Positions 39,094-47,309 of a DNA stretch of 64,000 bases are shown one piece after another. Numbering within the stretch: position 1 is the stretch's first letter; each line of letters begins with the position of its first letter. Location of the stretch: assembly GCA_031289755.1 (NCBI GenBank), contig JAITOU010000023.1, positions 102,837 through 166,836 of the forward strand, given 5' to 3'. The DNA is from Clostridiales bacterium (GTDB taxonomy: Bacteria > Bacillota > Clostridia > Christensenellales > JAISNN01). Both the position numbers and the translations under genes were made by a program. The notes below the pieces were generated by a model, which worked only from the letters and a program-made list of their open reading frames with translations, ran no database searches and was not told the DNA's origin.

Positions 39094-40488
39094 ATGCGGC
39101 TCGATTGCAAAGAAGAATTCAAAAACGATTTGGAAGAGCTTGTGAGAGCTTTTTTCGGAAAGGAAACAACGGAGGATACCGGCAGCGGTATCCTTATTGA
39201 TTATTGCCCCAAAAACGGTCGGATTTATGCCGAAACCGCTTACCCCGAACGGGCTATCGCAAAACAAATGACCGAAACGATAAAGTCCGCCGAAAAGCTC
39301 GGATTGAAAAGACAGACAAAGAGAATGCTCAAAAAGCTTCTCTACGAAACGTTGTCGGAGATAACGGGACGCAGCCTGCCGTACGGCTCTCTCACCGGAG
39401 TCCGACCGACAAAGCTTGCTTATGAGCTTGCCGAAACAAACGACGAAACGGGCGTGAAAAATATCCTTATAGACTATTACGGAGTGTCAAGCCAAAAAGC
39501 CGAATTGATATGTGAGGTCATCAAAAATCAAAAGGGCGTTTACAAAAAAAATACCGGGCTGTACGACATATATATCAATATTCCGTTTTGTCTGACGAGA
39601 TGTGCGTATTGTTCGTTTGTCACTACCGATATTACAAAGACAAGGAGATATATAGAGCCGTATGTCGATTGTCTGCTTAGAGAGATAGACCTGATGTATG
39701 ACATTTCGGGCGGCGAATGCAATGCCGTCTACATAGGCGGCGGAACGCCTACGGCGATAGACAACGCGTCTTTGGAAAAAATATTAAGGAGCGCGTCGCG
39801 CTTTAAACGCCGCGAATTTACCGTCGAAGCCGGACGCCCCGACACTATAAACGAAACAAACCTTGCGCTTATCAAGGCATACGGAGCGGACAGGGTATCG
39901 GTCAATCCGCAGTCCTTTAATCAAAGGACGCTTGACGCTATCGGCAGAAACCATACCGTCCGCGACATATACGACGCATACGCTCTTGCCCAAAAAAAAG
40001 GCTTCGTCATCAATACCGACATAATAGCCATGCTGCCGGGCGAAGACGAAGCGGATTTTTTAAAGACCGTCAGGAGCTGTACCGAGCTTGCCCCGAATAA
40101 TATTACCGTTCACAATCTGGCGTTAAAGCGCGGAAGCAGGCTTACTTTGGAAAATTTCAAAAACACCGCACCTGCGTCGGGAATGACGGACGGCGCATAT
40201 CCGCTCCTTAAAGAGAGCGGTTACAGTCCGTACTATATGTACCGTCAAAAATATATGTCGGGCAATCTGGAAAACTGCGGTTATACAATAGCGGGCTATC
40301 CTTGCGTATATAATATCGACAACATGGAAGAAACGCACGGCATTCTCGCCGCCGGTTCGGGCGCGATATCCAAGCGCATTATAGCCGACCGCATAGACCG
40401 CCAAGCCGACATAAAGGACGTCAAGGGCTATATCGAAAGCATCGACGCGCTGCTGCTCAAAAAAAGAGAGTTTTTTGAGAGCAAATAA
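39094..40488 (+). CDS. hemZ: Radical SAM coproporphyrinogen-dehydrogenase-like protein (HemZ-like)
   Basis: 464 aa. CxxxCxxC cluster seen as CLTRCAYCSF, with the N-terminal extension typical of HemZ. Confidence 0.8.
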   Translation: MRLDCKEEFKNDLEELVRAFFGKETTEDTGSGILIDYCPKNGRIYAETAYPERAIAKQMTETIKSAEKLGLKRQTKRMLKKLLYETLSEITGRSLPYGSLTGVRPTKLAYELAETNDETGVKNILIDYYGVSSQKAELICEVIKNQKGVYKKNTGLYDIYINIPFCLTRCAYCSFVTTDITKTRRYIEPYVDCLLREIDLMYDISGGECNAVYIGGGTPTAIDNASLEKILRSASRFKRREFTVEAGRPDTINETNLALIKAYGADRVSVNPQSFNQRTLDAIGRNHTVRDIYDAYALAQKKGFVINTDIIAMLPGEDEADFLKTVRSCTELAPNNITVHNLALKRGSRLTLENFKNTAPASGMTDGAYPLLKESGYSPYYMYRQKYMSGNLENCGYTIAGYPCVYNIDNMEETHGILAAGSGAISKRIIADRIDRQADIKDVKGYIESIDALLLKKREFFESK

Positions 40489-40498
40489 AACGCTCCGT

Positions 40499-41806
40499 TC
40501 AATCAAAAATCCCGTCAAACTTTTTTTGCCATGCGGATACGGCTTGCGCGTCGTATAGGACGGGGATATTCATTCCGCATTTATAAGCACTTTTGCTTTT
40601 GCTTATGAGCGACTTTAATTTGAGCAGCAACGGGAGATTGTCGCGCCCGGACAAAGCTTTTTGAATCAATTCGTAAGGCTTAAAGACGAGCATTTCGCCC
40701 GACGCCGCCGCGTTAAAATCCTTTTCGGCGATGAGTCCGCTTTCCATTAAATATTTCAGGTCTTCGTCCTTTGCGTCGAGCAGCCAACGCTTTAAGATAT
40801 CTATCGCCGCGTGCTTCGCGCCGGTTGCCGTCATAAATCCTACCTGATAATCCCACAAGCCGGCGGCCGCCGCCGAAAGGTTTTTGTTTATCGTTTCGGC
40901 GAGAAGCTTGCCAGCGCGTATCGAAGAAGCTATGCCCGAGCCTAACATAGGTATTGTCATAAACGCAGCGTCGCCGACTAAGGCATAGCCGTCGGCAACC
41001 ATTTTTGAAGCCGGATATCGAACGGGAATAGATACGGTAATTCCGCCGCGTATAAGCTTGTCGGTCAAGGCGGGATTGTCTTGCTTTAAAAAGGCAAAAG
41101 CCGACTTCAAATCGTTTTGAGTGAGCGCGCCCGTTTGACCTATAAGCACGTTAAATTGACCGGTAGGCGAGTCTTGAATACACCACGCTATGCCGGAACG
41201 TCCGAGAAATTTTAGATACGCCTTGTTTGTGTTTACCGTGTCGGTTTCTTCGTCCGGATTTTTTTCAAAAAAGCCTCTGTAAGCGTGAAAAATCTCGTAC
41301 GACGCAGGCATGGACGGAATCCCGATATCTCTCGGAAGCGACGCACGGAAAGGGGACAGCGCGCCTGATGAATCTATGACTATATCGGCTCTGATTTCGC
41401 CGTCTTGCGTAACTGCGCCCTTTACGGCAGTATTCTCGATTATCAGCCTTTCGATTTTTTGACCGAAGACAAATTCGACTCCGGCTTCTTCGGCTCTTTT
41501 GATAAGGATATCTTTGAGCGGACGGCGTTCGACGGAATATTCGTCGGCGTTTTGGGATTGAGAAATCTTTATCCATTTATCGGCGGACGGAGCTATAAAC
41601 GACCAATCCTTTTTGACAAAAAAACAATCGTCGGGAACGGCTATGCCCAAATCGGTAAATAAGCTTTGGCTCACGTCGTCGTGCCAATCGTAGCCCAAAT
41701 CTTCTCTCTTGTTTTTTTCGTAAACCGTCACGCCGTGTCCGCCTGTTGCCAGACCGTGCGCCGCCGCAATACCGCCTTCTCCCGCGCCTATTACTATTAT
41801 CTTCAT
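40499..41806 (-). CDS. FAD/NAD(P)-dependent oxidoreductase (geranylgeranyl-reductase-like)
   Basis: N-terminal Rossmann motif MKIIVIGAGEGGIAAA. 435 aa. Confidence 0.75.
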   Translation of the reverse strand: MKIIVIGAGEGGIAAAHGLATGGHGVTVYEKNKREDLGYDWHDDVSQSLFTDLGIAVPDDCFFVKKDWSFIAPSADKWIKISQSQNADEYSVERRPLKDILIKRAEEAGVEFVFGQKIERLIIENTAVKGAVTQDGEIRADIVIDSSGALSPFRASLPRDIGIPSMPASYEIFHAYRGFFEKNPDEETDTVNTNKAYLKFLGRSGIAWCIQDSPTGQFNVLIGQTGALTQNDLKSAFAFLKQDNPALTDKLIRGGITVSIPVRYPASKMVADGYALVGDAAFMTIPMLGSGIASSIRAGKLLAETINKNLSAAAAGLWDYQVGFMTATGAKHAAIDILKRWLLDAKDEDLKYLMESGLIAEKDFNAAASGEMLVFKPYELIQKALSGRDNLPLLLKLKSLISKSKSAYKCGMNIPVLYDAQAVSAWQKKFDGIFD

Positions 41807-42008
41807 TAAAAAATCCCTTTTTATTTTGTTGCGGAAACACGGTGCAAAGCAAATAAAACTTTAAGCCGAGCTTCCTTATATATTTTTTACCTTATATATT
41901 ATATAATATAATCGGAAAAATGCAATATAAAACCGAAAAATTATGAGAGAAAATTATTATATTCAAAAATTTTTTGTAAATATTAAGCGAATATGATATA
42001 ATAGAATT

Positions 42009-42152
42009 GTCATAAACTAAACGCCGACAACTTTTGCGTCTTTTGTCATAAATATCGTTGCATTTTCCTTATGTAGCTAAGCTGCACGTCGTCAAATGCG
42101 CCTTAATCTACGGCAAAAATCCGCTAAAATTTGTTCGGCGTTTAGGTTTAGG
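42009..42152 (+). repeat. Rod-like hairpin element, copy 3 of 3 (diverged)
   Basis: The central core (ATCGTTGCATT.TCCT.ATGTAGCT..GCT.CACGTCGTCAAATGCGCCTT and CAAAAATCCGCTAAAAT.TGTTCG) is conserved. The outer stem is replaced by a different but still complementary sequence. Confidence 0.8.
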
Positions 42153-42191
42153 AGAAGTCTGATAGACTTCTTATATTAAGACGGGGGGATT

Positions 42192-43046
42192 ATGAGCGAT
42201 AAAATAAATTGGTTTCCGGGGCATATGAAAAAAGCCTTAGGAATAATCGGCGAAAATTTGGGACTTGTCGACGCGGTGTTGTATGTGCTTGACGCGAGAG
42301 CCCCCGGCGCGTGTATCAATCCCGGCTTTGAAAAGATATTGAACGAAAAACCGAGATTGTATATTCTCAACAAAGCCGACCTTGTGGACGACGGCTATCT
42401 CAAACTTTGGTCGGAATACTTCCGCAAATCGGGTCACGCCTGCACGGCGGTCAACAGCGCGACGGGGATAACGTCGGGCGTTATCAAAGAGGTCAGGACG
42501 CTGCTTGCGGAAAAGATACAAAGATACAAGGACAAGGGCGTCAAAAAGACTCTTAGAATAATGGTCATCGGCATACCAAATTCGGGCAAATCCACACTCA
42601 TCAACAGCATAGGCGGCAAAAAAAAGACCGCCACGGGCGACAAGCCCGGTGTGACAAAGACAAAGCAATGGGTAAAAATAAGCGACGGTATCGAAATGCT
42701 CGACACGCCCGGCGCATTGTGGCCTAATCTCGAAGACCAGGAAGCGGCAAAGAATTTATTTTTTATCGGGAGTATCAAGCCGGAGATTTTTGACAATACC
42801 GAGCTTGCGCTCATGCTGATAGAGCGGCTAAAAGAAACCGCACCCGACAAGCTCGAAAGCCGCTACGGCTTACCGCCGACCGAGAATATTGCGCCGACCG
42901 AAATACTCGAAATAATCGCCAAAAACAGGGGCAACGTCGTCAAAGGCGGCGAAGCCGATTTTGACCGAACCGCCATAGCTCTCTTAGACGACTTCAAAAA
43001 AGCGCGCATAGGCAGAATAGGTTTAGAAAAGCCCGACATACAATAA
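42192..43046 (+). CDS. rbgA: Ribosome biogenesis GTPase A (YlqF/RbgA)
   Basis: Contains NWFPGHMKKA, NKADL and GIPNSGKSTLIN (circularly permuted GTPase). Confidence 0.95.
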   Translation: MSDKINWFPGHMKKALGIIGENLGLVDAVLYVLDARAPGACINPGFEKILNEKPRLYILNKADLVDDGYLKLWSEYFRKSGHACTAVNSATGITSGVIKEVRTLLAEKIQRYKDKGVKKTLRIMVIGIPNSGKSTLINSIGGKKKTATGDKPGVTKTKQWVKISDGIEMLDTPGALWPNLEDQEAAKNLFFIGSIKPEIFDNTELALMLIERLKETAPDKLESRYGLPPTENIAPTEILEIIAKNRGNVVKGGEADFDRTAIALLDDFKKARIGRIGLEKPDIQ

Positions 43047-43129
43047 CGGATAAAGAATAAAAGATAAATAAAATCAAAAAGCAAAAAGATAAAGGATAAA
43101 TAAAAAAACCTTTCAAAGGACAAAGCACT

Positions 43130-43756
43130 ATGGATTTGGTCGGGTTTGACAGAAATTATTTGAATACATACAGGCTTATAGGCGGCACGGACGAAGCTGG
43201 CAGAGGTCCTTTGGCGGGACCGGTGTCGTGCGCTATGGTGATAATGCCGTTAGGTGTCGGCGATATCATAGAAGGGGTAGACGACAGCAAAAAAGTCCCC
43301 GAAAAAAAGCGCGAAGTCTTGTACGAAAGTATTATCCAAAAAGCGATTTGTTACAGTATCCGCTTTGTCGGACACCGAGAGATAGACAAAATCAATATAT
43401 TGAACGCGACAAAGCAAGGTATGAGAGAGTGCTACGGCGATATGAAGATAAAGCCCGACATTCTGCTCATCGACGCCGTCAAGCTCGGCATTCCCGACAG
43501 CCAAAGCATAATAAAGGGCGACGCAAAAAGCTACAATATCGCCTGTGCGTCGATTCTCGCCAAGGTGGCGCGCGACAGACTCATGCGCCGATACGACGCC
43601 GAATATCCGTGCTACGGCTTTGCACGGCACAAGGGCTACGGAACGGCGGCGCATTATGAGGCGATACATAAGCTCGGAATAACCGAGATACACCGCCTGA
43701 CCTTTTTGAAGGGTATCGCCGCGGATATTTTAAATAAAAAAGACGGTGAAGTTTAA
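43130..43756 (+). CDS. rnhB: Ribonuclease HII
   Basis: Contains GTDEAGRGPLAGPV and DSKK. Synteny with rbgA. Confidence 0.96.
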   Translation: MDLVGFDRNYLNTYRLIGGTDEAGRGPLAGPVSCAMVIMPLGVGDIIEGVDDSKKVPEKKREVLYESIIQKAICYSIRFVGHREIDKINILNATKQGMRECYGDMKIKPDILLIDAVKLGIPDSQSIIKGDAKSYNIACASILAKVARDRLMRRYDAEYPCYGFARHKGYGTAAHYEAIHKLGITEIHRLTFLKGIAADILNKKDGEV

Positions 43757-43989
43757 AGATAATCGGTATTTAAGGATATGCAATAGATGACGGAATAAGT
43801 CCTTATTGCGGTATTCCAGAAAAATATAAATTCCGATAAACGGATTAGGGCGTGTCGGCACTAACGGTAAAGCTGTTTGTGTCTGCACGCCTTTATTATA
43901 TAAGCTCAAACCGTTTTTTTGATAATTTTGTAATATCGCGCTAATATTGCGAATATATTTCTTTTAGACAATCGTTTTAAGGAGTGCGT

Positions 43990-45471
43990 ATGGACAAATT
44001 CGATTTATACAAGGATATTGCATTAAGGACGAACGGCGATATCTACATCGGCGTAGTAGGGCCGGTAAGGACGGGCAAATCCACTTTTATCAGAAAGTTT
44101 ATGGAGGCGTTTGTACTTGAAAATATTCTTGACGCCAATAAAAGACAGCGAGCCGTAGACGAAATGCCGCAATCGGCGGACGGCAAAACCATTATGACGA
44201 CGCAGCCAAAATTTGTGCCGGCGGAGTCGGCGGAGATTGTCATAAACGACAATATAAAGCTCAATGTGCGGCTCATAGACTGCGTAGGTTATCTCGTGGA
44301 CGGGGCGTTGGGGCATACCGAGAACGGCAAGGAGCGTTATGTCGTCACGCCTTGGAGCGATACCGAAATGCCCTTTGAAAAAGCCGCCGAAACGGGAACG
44401 AGAAAGGTCATCAACGACCATTCGACGATAGGCGTAGTCGTGACGACCGACGGCAGTATAACCGATATCGAACGGAGCAAATATCTCGCCGCCGAAGACA
44501 GAGTAATCAATGAATTAAAGGCGATAGGCAAGCCTTTTGTAATACTGCTAAATTCCAAAAATCCCGAAAACCCCGACACGCTCAATCTAAAATCCGTTTT
44601 GGAACAGCGTTACGGCGCGACGGTGCTTTTAAAGAACGTCGAGAATATGGAAAAAGAAGACATCAACGCCCTGCTCGAATCTATCCTGCTCGAATTTCCC
44701 GTCAAGATAATAGACGTCAATATGCCAAAATGGATGCAGTCGCTCGGCGGCTCTCATGTCATTATAAAGGACCTTATGGCGCGCCTTGCCGACGCGGCGG
44801 ACGGCATAGACAAGATGAAGGATTATGACGAAAATATATTGAAGGGCTTCGGCGAATCCGAATATATCGGCGGCGCGGACGACGCGCAGTTAGATATGGG
44901 CAAGGGCAAAATAAGCTTCTCGGTCATACCCAAAGCCGGCTTGTTTTATAAGATACTCAGCGAAACGGCGGGGGAGGACGTATCGGACGAATACATCATG
45001 ATGAAGCTCATAAGGCGTTTAAAGAATGCCGACAGAGAATACTCCAAGCTAAGCCGCGCACTCTACGAAGTGGAAAACTACGGCTACGGAGTGGTAGTAC
45101 CCACGACGGAAGAAATGAGCCTTGAAGAGCCGGTCATCGTCCGTCAGGGCGGCAAATTCGGCGTCAAGCTCCGCGCTTCCGCGCCGTCCCTGCATATAAT
45201 GAAGGTGGACGTCCAAGCCGAAGTCAGCCCGATAATCGGCACGGAACAGCAAAGCGAGGACATGATAAAATACCTTTTAAGCGAATTTGAAAACAACAAG
45301 CAGGGCATATGGGAAACGAATATGTTCGGCAAATCTCTCAACATGATGGTCAAGGAAGGGCTAAATAACAAGCTCACCGCCATGCCCGAGGAAGCGCGCA
45401 ACAAGATGAGAAAAACTCTCACGCGAATCGTCAACGAAGGCAAGGGGGGAGTGGTGTGTATTCTTCTTTGA
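43990..45471 (+). CDS. spoIVA: Stage IV sporulation protein A
   Basis: Contains IYIGVVGPVRTGKSTFIRKFME (Walker A). About 492 aa. ATG at 43990 after AAGGAG. Confidence 0.96.
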   Translation: MDKFDLYKDIALRTNGDIYIGVVGPVRTGKSTFIRKFMEAFVLENILDANKRQRAVDEMPQSADGKTIMTTQPKFVPAESAEIVINDNIKLNVRLIDCVGYLVDGALGHTENGKERYVVTPWSDTEMPFEKAAETGTRKVINDHSTIGVVVTTDGSITDIERSKYLAAEDRVINELKAIGKPFVILLNSKNPENPDTLNLKSVLEQRYGATVLLKNVENMEKEDINALLESILLEFPVKIIDVNMPKWMQSLGGSHVIIKDLMARLADAADGIDKMKDYDENILKGFGESEYIGGADDAQLDMGKGKISFSVIPKAGLFYKILSETAGEDVSDEYIMMKLIRRLKNADREYSKLSRALYEVENYGYGVVVPTTEEMSLEEPVIVRQGGKFGVKLRASAPSLHIMKVDVQAEVSPIIGTEQQSEDMIKYLLSEFENNKQGIWETNMFGKSLNMMVKEGLNNKLTAMPEEARNKMRKTLTRIVNEGKGGVVCILL

Positions 45472-45486
45472 AAGGGCAGAGCCACC

Positions 45487-45594
45487 GCGCTAACGCTTTC
45501 TTTTTTGCTCTTTCTTGCGAAACCGACACTCGTTGAGGTCACTCTAACTTCGGTCGCTTTCGCAAGAAATAGCTAAAAAATAAAGCGTTATCGC
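45487..45594. other. 108-nt near-perfect long hairpin just downstream of spoIVA
   Basis: About 36-38 bp are pairable around a 27-nt loop. The outer arms GCGCTAACGCTTTCTTTTTT / AAAAAATAAAGCGTTATCGC were paired by hand. Confidence 0.8.
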
Positions 45595-45750
45595 TGTCAA
45601 AAAGCTCTAACGAATTTTAATATGCGTTCTCTCACCGCTAACGTATACGGAAATGTGTTATGAAAACAAATGATATTTATTAAACCCAAATGTCAAAGAG
45701 TTTTTTTATCGTTCTTGACTTGACGTATTTACTCACTTTACAATGGACAA

Positions 45751-45890
45751 AGGAAACATCAAGCCCTTGATGTTGCTTAATGGTAAAATTAAAGATAATT
45801 TGCGATAAAAAAAGAATAAGTCTTTTAAAGTCTCATTTGAGAAAGAGTGAAGAAAGCAAGACCCGGCAAAGCACGTCGGGTCTTTTTCTT
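45751..45890 (+). ncRNA. Candidate ~140-nt non-coding transcript (promoter plus terminator, no credible ORF)
   Basis: TTGACT-18 nt-TACAAT (45715-45744). Hairpin ACATCAA-GCCC-TTGATGT (45756-45773). Terminator AAGACCCG...CGGGTCTTTTTCTT (45858-45890). Confidence 0.3.
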
Positions 45891-45902
45891 ATAAAAAAGG
45901 GC

Positions 45903-45931
45903 TTGACAAACCCAAAATTGTCGGCTATAAT
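45903..45931 (+). promoter_or_regulatory. Perfect consensus promoter of the AAA ATPase gene
   Basis: TTGACA-17 nt-TATAAT. It is overlapped by the inverted repeat TTGTCGGCTAT / ATAGCCGACAA (45917-45927 / 45946-45956). Confidence 0.75.
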
Positions 45932-45969
45932 GCTATTGCATGGCAAAATAGCCGACAAAGGAGCAGGTT

Positions 45970-47196
45970 ATGGAATATATAAAAAGGCATATAGAAAGTA
46001 CAATACAAGGTACTGCCGGAATGTTTCCGGCAGTGTTGATAACCGGACCGCGTCAGGTAGGTAAGACGACGGTTTTGCAACGGTTGCAGGGAGATAAGGC
46101 GCGGTATGTGACGTTAGACGACCGCCGCGCATTGGCGGCGGCAAAGGAGCAGCAGGAATTATTTTTTAGACAATGGAAGCCGCCAGTAATAATAGACGAG
46201 ATTCAATATGCGCCGAATTTGTTTTCGGAAATTAAAATAATTGCCGACACGGAAAAAAAGCGCGGTATGTTTTTTATGACCGGCTCGCAGGCTTTTCACC
46301 TGATGAAAAACGTATCGGAGTCTATGGCGGGCAGAGTCGGAATTATAAATATGCAGGGGTTGACCTTACGCGAAATCAACGGGGACGCATACGACGCGCC
46401 CTTTATGCCGACGGATGAATATCTCGACAAGCGCAATGCCGGCAAGGGTGCGGATGAATATCACTATATTTGGGAAACAATCGTACGGGGCGGTATGCCC
46501 GCAATGCAGGACAAGACGATAAAGACCGACATATTCTATTCGTCCTATATCGACACATATATCAAACGCGACGTAAGAGATTTGACGCAAATCGGAGACG
46601 AATTGCAGTTTGCCAAATTTATGACGGTTGCCGCCGCGCGAACGGGAAACCTGCTGAATTTTGAAGGTATGGCAAAAGAAATAGGCGTTTCGGTCAACAC
46701 AATCAAGCGGTGGACGTCGATTTTAGTTACAAGCGGAATCGTATATATTTTAGAACCGTATTTTAACAACATAATAAAGCGCGCCGTCAAGACGCCTAAG
46801 CTGTATTTTATGGATACGGGTTTAGCTTGTTATCTTACGCGCTGGCTTACGGCGGAGCAAGCGCAAAGCGGAGCGATGTCGGGCGCGCTTTTTGAAACCT
46901 TTGTAGTGAGCGAAATAATCAAGAGCTATTACAATGCCGGAATCAGTCATCCGCCGATTTATTTTTACCGCGATAAGGACGGCAACGAAATAGATATGCT
47001 GATAGAGGCAAACGGGAGCTTATACCCGATTGAAATCAAAAAGATGGGATATGCCAATACGGGCGACATTGCGGCGTTTAAAAAGCTCGACGGAATAGCC
47101 GGATATAAGCGCGGTAGCGGCGTTGTCGTTTCTTTTGCGGACGAAATGCGGTATTTGGACGAAAACAACCGGATTATTCCTTTGAGAATGATATAA
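45970..47196 (+). CDS. AAA-family ATPase with a DUF4143-type C-terminal domain
   Basis: 408 aa. Walker A motif ITGPRQVGKTT, with the overall AAA_14 + DUF4143 layout. Confidence 0.8.
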   Translation: MEYIKRHIESTIQGTAGMFPAVLITGPRQVGKTTVLQRLQGDKARYVTLDDRRALAAAKEQQELFFRQWKPPVIIDEIQYAPNLFSEIKIIADTEKKRGMFFMTGSQAFHLMKNVSESMAGRVGIINMQGLTLREINGDAYDAPFMPTDEYLDKRNAGKGADEYHYIWETIVRGGMPAMQDKTIKTDIFYSSYIDTYIKRDVRDLTQIGDELQFAKFMTVAAARTGNLLNFEGMAKEIGVSVNTIKRWTSILVTSGIVYILEPYFNNIIKRAVKTPKLYFMDTGLACYLTRWLTAEQAQSGAMSGALFETFVVSEIIKSYYNAGISHPPIYFYRDKDGNEIDMLIEANGSLYPIEIKKMGYANTGDIAAFKKLDGIAGYKRGSGVVVSFADEMRYLDENNRIIPLRMI

Positions 47197-47309
47197 AAAG
47201 CGGTATATCTTTTTGTGAAATACGACGTATTTTTTGCAAGCGGTTGCAAAAAAACAGAGAATTATTAAAAACTCTTGTGATTAAGCGGAGAGTGTGATAA
47301 AATATAGGA

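Noticed and set aside
45780-46064. 94-aa ORF upstream of and overlapping the AAA ATPase gene
   Set aside because: It has no SD. It reads through an intrinsic terminator, a consensus promoter and the ATPase start codon.
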